64,000 nt of DNA from Octopus vulgaris (Eukaryota). Each line of letters starts with the position of its first letter. The stretch's first letter is position 1. A program made the position numbers and the translations under genes. Under the pieces are notes generated by a model that did no database searches, had not been told where the DNA came from, and was given only the letters and a program-made list of their open reading frames with translations. Location: the NCBI GenBank assembly GCA_951406725.2, contig OX597821.1, forward strand, positions 11,966,001 through 12,030,000, written 5' to 3'. Of the stretch, positions 27,265-41,363 are shown in pieces.

Positions 27265-28542
27265 CATTCCTGTTATTATGGGAAACGCACATCAATAGAG
27301 GCACATGCGTCTATTAAATTGCTCTTTCTAAACTATTCAAATCACTGTTATATATATATATAACATGGTCGCCTTTCAGTTTCCCTCTATCAGATTCACT
27401 CACAAGGCTTTGGTCGGCTAAAAACTATAGTAGAAGACCCTAGCCAGATATACCACGCTCTGAGACTGAACACAGAACCTTGTGGTTTGGAGGGATACTT
27501 CTTACCGCACCGTCTGATCTGCAACATATGTGTGAGTGTGTGCGAGTGTGTGTGTGCATGGATTCGTGCGTGTGTGCGTGTGTATAGAAGTATATACACA
27601 TGTGTATATAAATACATATACATGTATGAATACACGCACACATACACACAGACACACATATACATGTAGTGGATAAATGGTGACAGAGAGTCGTTGAGAA
27701 AGATAAATGGCGAATATTTTGTACGTACTCCTTTTAAGTGTTAGTCATACTTAAAAAATTATGTGCCGGAGGAAGTTTGTGCCGCCGGGCACTGTCATGA
27801 GCTGAAACCGTGTATAAGAACCTCAAATTCGTGTATTTATATGGCTTATACGGTTGTGCCTGCTCTCAATAACAGATAATGCTGTAAAAATTTTATGTGG
27901 AAATATTTATTTCCAAAGGCAAATTTTTGGAGAAACGTTTGATATCTGTTAAGAAACGATACCGTAATAATCTTAAATACCCGCTATATATATATATTTT
28001 TGCTTTTGGTGTTAAGGATGGGGATTGTATTATTATTCTAAGTGGAATTTTTGTTATTGTTGATGCTGTTGTTGTTGTAGCTGTTTTTATTCTCAGATTT
28101 CGTTGTCGTTGTAATGGAGGCGATATTTATGATGTAATTACTAGCGATTTGTTGGATGATATTTCCAGCGTTTATGTTTTGTCAGATTTATATTAAACAA
28201 AACATAATTGTCTCCATAGTTGCTAGCTTTACTGTTTTGTGATATTAACATTGTAAAATTGCAAAAATGGTGTTACAACGTATATCAAGAAGTGTCTCCT
28301 TCATATTTATATGTAAACTTAGTTCTGTCTCCATGTGGGAGTTCTAGCCGTGCAAATGAAGTGCCACTACATATGCATATATCTATGTTTGATTATATAA
28401 CTCAATTTTCGCAAAATTTTCCTCACTTCAAAAGGGTTTTATGATAATATTCATCTGTTTATGTACGCACGAGTGTAGGTATTCCAGCATCAACCTATCT
28501 ATCTACCTATGACTCTATATAAGCCTATAAATATCTATATAT

Positions 28543-28599
<57 letters not shown>

Positions 28600-28747
28600 C
28601 ATGCATGGGTATGCTTGTACACAAACATACAAGCACACTCACACATACATACACACACGCATATTCATATATACGTATATGCATATACTTATATCTCTCG
28701 ATGCTAAATATTTCTCATCTCTATATACCTCTCTCTATATAACTATA

Positions 28748-28791
<44 letters not shown>

Positions 28792-28793
28792 TA

Positions 28794-29170
28794 GGCGCAG
28801 GCGCGGCTGTGTGGTAAGAAGCTTACTCCCTAGACCGAGTGGTTACGGGTTCAGTTCCACTGCGTGGGACCTTGGACAGGCGTCTTCTACGATGGTCTGG
28901 TGTTGACCAAAGACATGTGAGTGGAATTGGTAGACGGAACCTGAAAAAAGCCTGTAGTATATATATCTTTGTGTTTTAGTGTCTGTATTTCTCTCTCCAC
29001 CATCGCTTGACAACCAATATTGGTGTGTTTACGTCCACATAACATAGCGGTTCCGTAAAACGAGTCAATAATTTCCAGGCTTACAAAAATTAAATCTAGA
29101 GGCCGATCTCTTCGACTACAAGGCGGTGCTCCAGCATGGCCACACTCAAAATGACTGAAACAGGTAAAAT
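28794..29170 (+). mobile_element. SINE family A, diverged copy (further fragments at about 10037-10140, 27370-27520, 36060-36290, 51520-51650)
   Basis: Colinear with 11004-11426. Confidence 0.85.
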
Positions 29171-29388
29171 AACATGTGTGTACTTATTTGTGTATGTGTG
29201 TGTGAGTGTGTGTGTTTGCACACACGTAAACATACACACTATACAATAATAGGTTGCAACCCAACCAATGCCATTCTTTTTTGCATAAATAGATATATGC
29301 GCTTACATGTGTCCGCGTATGTGTGCGATTGTGTGTGCATATGTATATATATGTGTGTATGTGAAAGAGTATGTGTGTATGTGTGTCT

Positions 29389-29471
<83 letters not shown>

Positions 29472-30313
29472 CATGCATACACGCACATATACATACATAT
29501 ACATATATGCATATAGATACATATATATACATATTAGGTTTGTGTGTTTATGCATATGTGTGTGTGTGTGTGTGTGTGTTTGTCTGGTGCTCGTTTATGT
29601 GCAATTGTATATATGCTGTAGGGAAGTGGAGAAAAAAATTTTTAAATCGTTGATTGCGAAACTGGGTGTTATCCAGAAATTAGTGTTGTTGGGTGCTACG
29701 CTTGCGGCGGTTGTGTTTGTTACTCTTGTTTGTTACAGGAAAAAAAAAAAGAATACGAAGATATATAAATTGCTAATGCAAATCCTTAAGATATTGTTTT
29801 TTATGGAATGTGTGTACGTGTGTGCACATGAATCTCTGTGTGTCTGCGCATTTAAGTGTGTATATGACGCTGTAGGGGTGTTTGCGCTTGTACGTAGGTG
29901 GATGTTTTGGAACGGGTTTTTGTGTGGGTGTGTTCAGATAAGTCCTTTGAATGCGTTTCTATGTGTGCGTATATGTGCGCCTATTTAAGTGTATATACAC
30001 ATTCGCTCACATTATTCTGTGCGCTGCGTTGAACTACTTAAATACATCATTTATATGCCTACAACTATGCTCTTATTGTTTGTGCATATATATATATACT
30101 TATATATATATATATATATGCATTTATATATATAAACATGTATATGTACACATATACATTTATATATATAAACATATATATGTACATATACACACAACAT
30201 ATGTATATATATATATATATTTATATATGCATATATATATAGACATATATAAATAGATACATTTATATATACATATGTAAATGTCTCGCATATACACACA
30301 CTCACAAACATAC

Positions 30314-30349
<36 letters not shown>

Positions 30350-30438
30350 CATATACATCATACATAGTACATATTCATACATATTCAAACATGTATCTAT
30401 GTAAATATGCAAGCATGTTTGTGCGCGTATATACATAG

Positions 30439-30488
<50 letters not shown>

Positions 30489-31927
30489 TTGTATGTGTTT
30501 ACGTGCGTATATATGTACTTATGCACTAGTACTTTTCTAAGGCGATAATGATTATGTAACGTAATAAAATACAGGTAATGATGTGCTTAAATCCGTATTT
30601 GAATGGTTATGAAGATTTAATAAAATTATATATTTAACTGAATATAATTATGTTTGAAACATAATATATGTACTTGTACGCATTATGTATTTAGATACAT
30701 AAGTTCGTATATTTGTTTATTTGTTTACACTTGTAAATAATCGTATAACACACTGATGCAGTGATACACATATTACGTGATTACTACTCTACATTGCAAC
30801 GAAATGTATAATTCTACTATTCCCTCTCAAAAAGAACACCGGATGATATGCCATATGACGTTGAGTGCATAAGCCAAAATAAGTGCCGCTCATAGCTGCA
30901 ATGCTCTTAATCATGGGTCTTTTGTCAGATCCGTCCCGGAGTCAAATATAAACGATACATCAAAAGATAACGCTGTTAGACCTTTTGAATTGTGTAGCAA
31001 TAAATTAATAAATAATTTTCTGTTGAATTTTCGAATTTGTACAATCTAAATAAGCCTTGATTACGCACAAAGACGTTTTAACTATAGCTAGACCTCTTAT
31101 AGTTTTTAGGTATTATTTTGATCTATACTTAAACCACATGTCTAAATAAAATCGGTATTAAAGTTCATTTTGTTTGTTTCAAAGTCTAAGCATCGTTCAG
31201 CGTTGATCTTCCCTTTCGCCATTGTTTTTACAGATAACCATAACCAAGTCCACTGCAGAGACACTCAGCTTTTTCTTTCTATTTCATCGGCTCCACTCTT
31301 GAACCTGTCAACTACTTCATCTTCTTCCGGGCCAATTTTTTTCACAGGTCTTGGGTGGAAATTATCTGGAAGGAAGATGAATTATTTAAGGCACTTCATG
31401 TTCCTTTGTCTCTAACAAGTCTACCAACTTCATTGACATTTCAGTTACCACTATAAACAGCAATCTGACCATCCATTCTCCTTTCTTCTTCTGACCGGCC
31501 AACCTCCATTACTACCTTAATAACTCCTTAAGCGAATCATCTCGTATTCCCAAATTCTGTAAAACCTCCGTCTCGGTAACCCCGCCGGCCATGGTTTGGA
31601 AAATTCTCCTATGACGAATATACATCTACGTTAGTTCATTGTCCTCATGTTTTCACTTATGTCCTCCATAACGATGGCTTCACCTTTATGACATCACCTT
31701 TACGATAGATCGACGACACTTTTCCCATTCCTACTACATCTAAAACTATCTCTCCAGTGCACGATCTTACAGCATACACGACTCTATAATTTACCACCTC
31801 CCTATAATCTACACCCCCTTTCTTATCTAACCTTCATTTCCTTTAATCATATCTGCAATCTTCGTCATCTATTGCTCCATGGCTCTTCTCCTCCAGCGCG
31901 CAACCGACCTGTTTATATGCTTTACAC

Positions 31928-32624
31928 CAGTGCTTCTCAAACTATCTGATGTGGCGTACCAGCAGTTTTATTTTTTTCCAAAATGGCGGTGACCGGTAAT
32001 ATTTCTTAGCAATACTAATTTATACCGGAAACAATATATATCTATTATATAAAATCCGTTCTGTATGTCTGTGTGTGTGTCTTCTAGGATCTCGGGCATC
32101 CTCCATTCGATTGCGCTCAAATTTGATATGCAGATACCGACGGTATCAGTCTTGGAAAAATTACAAAAATCGATTCCAGGTGAGAATGCGATCGATAAAG
32201 CAGTTTTTGTCCTGTTTTTCTTTCGTGAACCTGTACATAACTGCACCTTCCAATTTTGGTTGTTTTTGTACTGCTTAAAGGCACGTTTCTTTCCTGCCAA
32301 GCTTACTGTTTAAACCACGTTTGTGTTCTCCCAGTCAACAGCCTTATCATTACTGGTACTTTGAACTCTTCGGCTGCATATTTTTTTGAATAAAATCCTT
32401 TTTCTTTGGACGGGGGGGGGGGGCATTTTGTTCGTAGTGAATATAATAAAAGTCTGCAATTTTTAGATCTTATATTTGCTTTGTAAACAAATAATACAAT
32501 ATTACATAAACATTTTATAAGCATTTCATAATGTGTCTTTCTTTTCTGGAAACTCACCACCTACCGATAGCCGATGGCTCGCAGACCGGCACCGGTCAAC
32601 TTACCACCACTCTGAGCAGCACTG
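31928..32624. mobile_element. hAT (Charlie-like) non-autonomous element containing a nested Helitron fragment
   Basis: TIRs cagtgcttctcaaa / tctgagcagcactg. Diverged 8-bp flanks ctttacac / ctccatac. Confidence 0.75.
32041..32205 (+). mobile_element. Non-autonomous Helitron-like 5' fragment
   Basis: A|TCTATTATATAAAA start; colinear with 40337-40510. Confidence 0.7.
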
Positions 32625-33326
32625 CTCCATACCAACCCTCGTTACAGCTCCTGTGCCTCCTCACAAATAGCACAACCTTCTATTCAACCGGCTATTTATC
32701 CCTCACCTTTAAGAGACTCATATAGTGCTCAAAAATTCCATTCATGTAGATCAGCGTAGAATGCATTAATATGCCTACAGATATTCTGAACAATTAAAGA
32801 ATATGCGATTCAATAACCGATAAGTTGTCACTGCATTCAGGTGATTTATTAAGACGGAACATTTTAAAAAGGACAGGAACTTATGCTCTTTCACGGAACC
32901 CTTGTTCTATATTGTTTAAATTCTCTAATTACGTTCCATTAACCAGATTTTCAAATGCACGTACATCACAACTAAACATGCGCAACCACAGTAAATGATC
33001 CCAAACAAACACGCATGTACACATCTGATGTTGGTAGAAGCACATGCGCATGCGCTGGCACATAAGCGTATACATACAGAGGCAATATTCCACTACGATC
33101 AAACACGATATATGTACATAGAAGCACAAACACACGCCAATCTACATAGACAAAAATAGTACTACATTCACACACTTCTAAAAACGCACTGAAAAATACA
33201 CACGCCCTTCACGCACATATCTGCCACCATCAGTATTGACATACGCAAAGAACGTACTGAGAACTTGAATGCAATCATGCATATGTATAGATGCTGGCAG
33301 ATGCACACAGTATTAATTTCTGTTAA

Positions 33327-33775
33327 GAGCTGACAGAATTGTTTGCACGCTGAGTACTATGCTTAATGGCCCTGTGTCCGTAATAATATTCTGAATTAAA
33401 ATTTCACTGAGATCTGCTTTACGTTTTATCCTTTCAGGGTCGATAATATAAACTCCCAGTTGAACACCGGGATCGATGTACTCGATGTACGCCTCCCCCG
33501 AATTTTCTGGCTTTCTGCAAAAATATTAGATAAATATTACTTTCAATTCAAAGCGGTGAACTGATAGAATTGTTAGCATGCCATGCAAAATGCGTAGGAG
33601 TGGTATTTTTTCCGTCTTTATGTCCGGTGTTCGAATTCTGCAGAGGTTGGACTTGCATTCCATCCTTTCGCGATCGAGAATATAAGTACGACATGCTACA
33701 TGACCATTGTGATCGACATAACCGATTTACTTTGTCCCCGAAACTGTTGGCGTTGTACCAAAATTTTGAAATCAA
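33327..33775 (+). mobile_element. Two decayed tandem SINE family B copies
   Basis: gagctgacagaattgtt..., ctttcagggtcgata..., second head at about 33553. Confidence 0.6.
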
Positions 33776-34201
33776 TATACTTTCCGTTGTGAAATCTCCG
33801 ATATCTAATGTCGCATTCTTGCCTCTCTTACTTCCAAATCACATCTAAATCATGACTTGATCTTAAACGGACGTTGGTAAAATTAAACCCTTTTGCATTT
33901 TACATCTTCTTTCTTTATTCCCCCGGTTTCATTCTGTTCTTTTCCTATCTAAAAAGGAATATTTGTTTGGAGCCGCAGTAATATCTTTCCTGTACTATTT
34001 CAGTGTCACATTCATTCAGTTTTACATCGTATTATTCCTCGTATCTGTGGTTGTTAAACACATAAAAATTATACTTTACACACTGTCACGTATAAACTCA
34101 ATTTTTTTTCTATCTAAGTCGTGTTACGTCCTAGTATATAACACAAACCGGAAGCTTACCGTTGTAGACTAATTCGATTATAAATTCGGATTACACCGGA
34201 T

Positions 34202-34272
<71 letters not shown>

Positions 34273-34472
34273 TATACATACATATATGTATGTATGTATG
34301 TATATGTATATATATATATAGATATATATATATGCATGTATGTATGTATACAATCACACAGGTGCACGCACCCACACGCACTCACACTCACACTCACACG
34401 CACAAACACGCACTCAAACGCATATATTTATATATGTACGTATATCTATCTCTCTATCTATCTATCTATCTA

Positions 34473-34520
<48 letters not shown>

Positions 34521-35171
34521 AATACATATATGCAGGAGAATAAATGCATTTTCCCACATAGGGACACGTAGGAAAAAATTATTTGAAAGTGTACTCTAAG
34601 AAAATATATTTATAATTGCTCAACCGGATTCACAAATCTCGTCAGTTTTCGTACTAGTGAAAAATCAAATCCTAGATCTATACCTCATTCTAAATTTCTG
34701 ACGGATGTTGATAACAATAGATTATCATAGTAGGTTCATCGTCTGGTTTATGTTCTGATTTTCTGTTTCCTAATTTTATTCAGTTGTTTTCAGAGTTGTG
34801 TTCTCTCAGGGACGGATAACTTTCACTCACTTAAACTCCTATTACATCGGAAAATATATTGGGAAACACAATTGTTTTATTTTTTACTGACCTTAAAATT
34901 GTTAGTGGTTTTGTTCTGATCCAGCTGTCTGTCAATACTTTCCCGAGGGGGTGTTTAAAGTTACGAGCTTTAGATCAAATAGAATTCAGGGAGATCATTT
35001 AGTTAGGGTTTTATCCAAAATATTCCCATTTCAGATTCACTCGCTTAATCAAGCGGTATTTCAGTTTTTTAAGCCCTGTAAAACTCGCAAGTTTTGGCCT
35101 CCAACCAGACCCTTCGCAGCACCCTTAAAGTAAGGAACCTTCTAGTATCCCGTTGTATGAAGTCAATGCTA

Positions 35172-35422
35172 CAGCCGTGGGCAAAAGTTTGGAAATTATT
35201 TTAAAAATTAAAATTGTCATGCCTAAGTACAATTCGATTCAAATGTATAGAAGTTAGAGCTATTCTTCCCTGATCCAACAGTTGAATATCTAGAAAAGTT
35301 TTTATACCAATGTTCCAAACTTTGGTCTAGAAATAATACATTGGAAATTAAATATAACTTTGGGTATTTTATATAAAAGTACTAAGATTTAGAACTATGT
35401 TCCTAATTTTTGGCCACGACTG
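35172..35422. mobile_element. Tc1-type MITE (251 bp)
   Basis: TA|cagccgtgggcaaaagtt ... aatttttggccacgactg|TA. Confidence 0.85.
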
Positions 35423-36755
35423 TAATTTGTACGTTCAGTTTGTTATTTTTCTTTTTTTTTTACCGAACATTTCCATGGTTTCAAATGATATGTATTAAGG
35501 CAACTCAGTAAATAATTTCTCTCTCGAAATTTTCAATTACTTCTTTTCTTCGAAACATTCTGATGGTCGATCCTTTGATGTCGTCTGTTCCTAATTTGAC
35601 ATTTCCGTTTCTTCACTATAAAAGATTTCCAAGTAGCGTGTTACAATTATTCCTATGTTTTCTTCAACCGTGGTTTATATTCTTCATAAACGTAGCTTCT
35701 TTCTTTGTCCGTATTAGAACTGTACTTTTGTCACGACGAAGTTAAGAAGTGAAGGCAGGTAATTTGGAAGATTTGGTTGCTGTACATATGAATTTATGTT
35801 CCTATGCAGCTATCTATGTATAATTAAGATCATGTATTTATTCCCCTCTGACAAGTGGGTTTGGTTCTCAAGGAAAATTTCGTTTACCCGATGCATTCTT
35901 ATTTACAGCCATTGTATTTCATAGCAAAGGTTAACTTTCTGACAAACAGATGAAGTGGTAATTTTCCAGGCGGTCTATGCAGGATCCGCATTTTAGATGA
36001 ATAGATCTGATACTGTAACATGTATCTCAGACACTCTTCCCCCACTCCCTCGCTGTATATATAAGCTTGCTTCCAACCACATGGTTCCAGAATCAGTTCT
36101 AGTGTGTAGCACCTTGGGGCAAGTGTCTTCTACTATAGCCTCGGCTCGACCAAACTACGTAGTGTGTATGTATTTCAGTCTCTATGTTTATCCCGCCCTG
36201 TTCTCTTCACAACTGATGTTGATGTGCTTAGTGGTTACTTCCCATTTGTTTAAACTTATGTGGTTCGAAACAAGTAAAAGAATAAATAAATATATATATA
36301 TATATATATATAAATATATATATAAAATATATCCATAGAATAAGTACTACTCCGTAGTCAAGATAAGACCTGAGTTTCAGTCGATTTGTTAGCCAGATAA
36401 CCGAAGAGATGGTGATGTGCATGTCCGCAGTCAAATGACTACCGAGTAAAACATAGTATAAAAATATATATAATATTCAGTATGTGGCAAAGTAATTTAC
36501 CGTTTTATCAATATATAAATATAATATATATTTATACAATGTATATATATATATATATATAAGCTTAGTATAGTTAAAGTTTGGAATAACCGTTTAAGGG
36601 ATAAAAATATCCGTTATACTGCTGGTATAACTACCTATGTTCAACCTGGACATACATATGCAAGCATATTATACTCATAGTTTACAGATAATGACAATGA
36701 TAAAGTTAGTTTCTCAGGAATCAAATTTAAAGAAAACAGAAAATGGAGAAATACT

Positions 36756-37159
36756 TATTTATTTATTGCCGACAGGGGGGCTAAACATAGAGGGGACAAA
36801 CAACGACAAGAAAGGGATTAAGTCGATTACATCGACCCTAGTGCGTAACTGGTACTTATTTAATCGACCCCGAAAGGATGAAAGGCAAAGTCGACCTCGG
36901 TGGAATTTGAACTCAGAACGTAACGGCAGACGAAATACCTATACAAGGGGCTAAACACAGAGAGGACAAACAAGGACAGACAAACGGATTAAGTCGATTA
37001 TATCGACCCCAGTGCGTAACTGGTACTTATTTAATCGACTCCGAAAGGATGAAAGGCAAAGTCGACCTAAGCGGAATTTGAACTCAGAACGTAGCGGCAG
37101 ACGAAATACCCTTAGGCATTTCGCCCAGCGTGCTAACGATTCTACTTGCTCGCCGCTCT
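36756..37159 (-). mobile_element. SINE family B with internal tandem duplication and 16-bp TSD
   Basis: TSD aaaatggagaaatact at 36740-36755 and 37160-37175. Body duplicated at about 36770-36940 and 36944-37110. Confidence 0.9.
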
Positions 37160-37175
37160 AAAATGGAGAAATACT

Positions 37176-37787
37176 GATCTACAACAAGTGACTAACATCA
37201 GTTGTTAATTTCTAATTCAACACAAATACACTGTATCCCATCTAACAGATATTTCTGCTTCCGACGTTATATTGCATTGTCATTGAAAATTTCTAAAAAT
37301 GATATTCATCATATTTCGTAATATATCAGATCTGGAACATGGAGCTTTATGAGAGTGGAAGAAAAAATACATACATAAAAGAAAAGAAAAGTAGAAGAGG
37401 CTTGAGAAGAAGATGAAAGCCTTAATATATTTAAATCATTCAATTTTCCTTATGTGTTGCTCGGGACATTGAGGAAAAAAAATAATTACTCAACGTCCCG
37501 AAGAGACACAAGCAAAATGGAATTATTTAAATATATTAAGCCTTTCATCTTCTTTTCGTGCCTCTTGTTTTCTTTTCTTTACTTTTTTGTCTGTACTTTT
37601 CTTCACTCTGCTGAACCTCCATATTCCAGATCCGGCGTATTACCAAATATGATGGATATTATTTTTAGAATTTTCAATGGCAATGCCATAAAATATTGGA
37701 GGCAGAAGAGCTGTCATATGGGATACAGTCTTTTGGTATTGAATTAAAAAGTAATGGCTGATATTAGTCAGTTGCTGTTTGCATCAT
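37176..37787. repeat. Diverged fold-back element, about 295-bp arms, about 15-nt loop
   Basis: cgggacattgag / ctcaacgtcccg flank the loop; gaagatgaaagccttaatatatttaaat mirrored; actgtatcccat / atgggatacagt. Confidence 0.9.
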
Positions 37788-37914
37788 TTGCATGTCTCGG
37801 TCATTGCATTGCGGAGTTATATATAATTTAGTAACAATTTGACACCGATCCATGGAAAGTAAAATTCCTAAGCCTGTACTAAAGCCTGTTCTCTCTCCTT
37901 ATATATATATTATA

Positions 37915-38000
<86 letters not shown>

Positions 38001-38052
38001 GTAAAGTATCTCTCTCCCTCTCCCTCTCCCTCTCTCTATATATATATATATA

Positions 38053-38216
<164 letters not shown>

Positions 38217-38266
38217 CAATGATAAATCTCAGAGCGAGTTATAAACAGTAGCGGTAACACATCGTG

Positions 38267-38731
38267 ATGCATATATGCCATTTGAATATGGCTAACCCAT
38301 AAGGGTGGATGCTACTGTAGTTTGTAGCCCCAGGAAGATATCTCCTCCAGCTGGCTATAGACACACTATCTGTGTTCTGTCAGTATTTGTGAAGGGGAGT
38401 CATCCTCCCCGTCTTCAACACATGATACACCCGTACCCGAGTTTCAAGGTGTTTACCTTTCATCAGCGTGTGACAATCATGGTTGTCGACGAGAAGTTAG
38501 ATTCCTTTACAAATACATATAATGTTTCCAGTGTCGATATGACACTGATATTGAAAAAGTGAAATGATACGTGTGTATCATGTGTTGAAGACGGGGAGGA
38601 TGACTCCCCTTCACAAATACTGACAGGACACAGATAGTGTGTCTATAGCCAGCGAGAGGAGGTGTCCTCCTGGGGCTACAAACTACAGTAGCATCCACCC
38701 TTTTGGGTTAGCCATATTCAAATGGCATATA

Positions 38732-38736
<5 letters not shown>
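38267..38736 (-). mobile_element. PLE-like insertion: HHR-bearing pLTR fragment plus inverted copy (about 168-bp arms)
   Basis: 38267-38435 is mirrored by 38568-38736. HHR at the inner end of the left arm; related sequence at about 40198-40290. Confidence 0.8.
38428..38472 (-). ncRNA. Minimal hammerhead ribozyme, canonical core
   Basis: CACACG-CTGATGA-AAGGT-AAAC-ACCTT-GAAA-CTCGGG-TA-CGGGTG: perfect 5-bp stem II, GUA site. The other arm has CGTGTG, which gives a perfect stem I. Confidence 0.85.
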
Positions 38737-38801
<65 letters not shown>

Positions 38802-39325
38802 ACAGGTTATAAATAATGGTTATTAGAAATTTATGAAATATAGGTAATGACTATCATTTAAACCTTGTCTTATGTATCATTGTGTGTAAAAAGCAGTTTC
38901 AATTTGGCCCAACTATAGACTTAAGATATAGAATTACGAGAATCTTGAAAACTGCCATAAGAATACTTCACTAATCTAAAAAATTTTGTTAGTCAGGTCA
39001 CAATAGAGAGCTTTTCTGGTATCTTTTTCTATTTTGAAAATCCCTTACTATTAACTCTTTTACAATTAATTGTAATATGAATAACCATTTTAAAACCACG
39101 AATCAACTGTACTATGAGCATAGATGATTATAAGACCAGAATTCAATTCGATTTAAAAGTAACGCTTAAACCTTTAACTGAATACGAATGTAGGGAGCTT
39201 GTTTGAATTAATTCACTTTGAAAACGTGTATGTGTGTCTGTAGATATATATATATATATATTGTTGTATTTAGGAATGGTCATTTTGCTAGTTTAACCAA
39301 TATATATACGTACATATATATACAT

Positions 39326-39409
<84 letters not shown>

Positions 39410-39499
39410 CATATATGAGGGGGAATCCACTAAAAGTGAACTCTCTTACGCTAGCCACTAAAAGTTATTCTGAAGAAAAAATTTAGCACACCATGAACG

Positions 39500-39548
<49 letters not shown>

Positions 39549-39552
39549 TTTG

Positions 39553-39766
39553 TACTTGTTTCAGTCATTTGACTGCGGCCATGCTGGAGCACCGCCTTTA
39601 GAGTGGTGAAAGAGTACAGCAGGGATCACCACCTCCTGCCGGAGCCTCGTGGAGCTTTTAGGTGTTTTTTGCTCAATAAACACACACAACGGCCCGGTCT
39701 GGGAATCGAAACCGCGATCCTCCGACCGCAAGTCCGCTGCCCTAACCACTAGGCCATTGCGCCTCC
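39553..39766 (-). mobile_element. Chimeric SINE: family D head plus family A tail
   Basis: 39600-39766 matches 4411-4576 and 39553-39601 matches 11355-11404. Confidence 0.85.
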
Positions 39767-39800
39767 ATATATATATATATATATATATGAATATATATAT

Positions 39801-39832
<32 letters not shown>

Positions 39833-39835
39833 ACA

Positions 39836-39977
<142 letters not shown>

Positions 39978-40019
39978 ATATATATATACAAAAAAATAAG
40001 CAACAAGAATGAATCCAGT

Positions 40020-40110
40020 AATTTAGTACAATTGTTTCATGCTACAACATTTTATTTAAAGCTATAAATACTACAGCAGATTTAAGATGCTGAGTAATCT
40101 TCAGCTAATT
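40020..40110 (-). ncRNA. Hammerhead ribozyme motif, canonical core, long imperfect helix II
   Basis: AATTAG-CTGAAGA-T...AT-GAAA-CAATTG-TA-CTAAATT; palindromic CAATTG, GUA site. Confidence 0.65.
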
Positions 40111-40336
40111 TATATAGGTTTTCCAATAATATAAAGGTTTTCAAATCAATTAATGTATATATATGATTGACAGCTACATGTGGCGATCTCATAGAGGACG
40201 ATGTTACTCTTGTTTTTTAGCCCCAGGAAGAGATCACCTCCAGCTGGCTAACGACACACTGTCTGCGTCCGATTAATATTTGCGAGGGGAGGTCATGAGG
40301 CCGCCACATCTAGTTGGCAAATATATTATATATATA

Positions 40337-40713
40337 TTCTATTATATAAAATATGTTCGGTCTGTCTGTGTGTGCGTCTTCTAGAATCTCGGCATCCTCT
40401 ATCCAATTGTGCTCAAATTTGATGTGTAAACACCGACGGTGTCAGGGCGTGTATAATTCTTGAAATAATTACGAAAATTGATTCCAGATGAGAATGCGAT
40501 CGATAAAGCTGTGGGAACGTGCATTTGTAAAATGCTTTTCTTTGAATAGAAAATAGTCTATCTTTATTCTGTTGCTGCTGTCTGAAATTTAGGCTAAATC
40601 AGTGCTTCTCAAAGGGGAAACCTATGGGTCGGTCGAAAAAATTGTTTTGAGAAAATTTGATTTAAATGTTTGACAACCCAGCAACGTCCATTGGATGGGA
40701 GCGTTTTGCTCGT
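40337..40713 (+). mobile_element. Non-autonomous Helitron-like element
   Basis: TCTATTATATAAAA start; ends acccagcaacg...gCTCGT; shared with the 32041 copy. Confidence 0.65.
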
Positions 40714-41363
40714 GTATATCTATCTATCTATTTATCTGTCTATATATATATATATATATATATACATACACACACATATATCTATATTTATATATATTTT
40801 CATTCAAAACTTGACTACCTTCTTTTTCTCCGTATACATATACATATATATATATGTGTGTGTATGCAAATTATATATATGTATGTTTGTATGTATGTAT
40901 GTATGTATATACGTATATATGTGTGAGTGTCTGCCTGTCTGTACAAAAGTGAGAAAGAGCAAGAGAGAGAGTGAGAGAGAAGGAGAGATAGTGATACATA
41001 TCGGGTAGGGGAGTTTGTGAATGATTATGTAATACTCTCTAATAGGCTTATCTGAGGCTTTATCTTTCCTTACAGATAATGGTATTGGATATTATTGAAA
41101 TGGTTTCTCGGTCGCTTAATCGAGACATATTGAACATGTTTCAGTTCGTAACTTCAAGATAACAACATATTTGTCATTTGTATAGTTTCTTTATCGTTGA
41201 CAGCACTAAGCTATTTCGTGTGTTATCTGATTGCAGGTGGTTGGACTGAAAAAATTAGAAAGAATATTTGTTTCAAAATATATAGTGTTTCCACAGATTT
41301 GATTAGCCTAGAGTTTGGAAAACAGTAGGTCTCACTGAAACACCTATCGATATATATATATAT

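Larger units (their letters stand above)
31190..32720 (-). mobile_element. Highly decayed L1/Tx1-like ORF1 region interrupted by a hAT MITE
   Basis: Purine-rich minus strand with remnants VE*KVVLF, CRRSIVKV, VVMEVGR resembling recalled octopus L1-like ORF1. Weak. Confidence 0.35.

Noticed and set aside
37945-37998. 54-nt poly(A) run
   Set aside because: No retrocopy body or TSD; it sits in (TA)n and may be a base-calling or slippage product.
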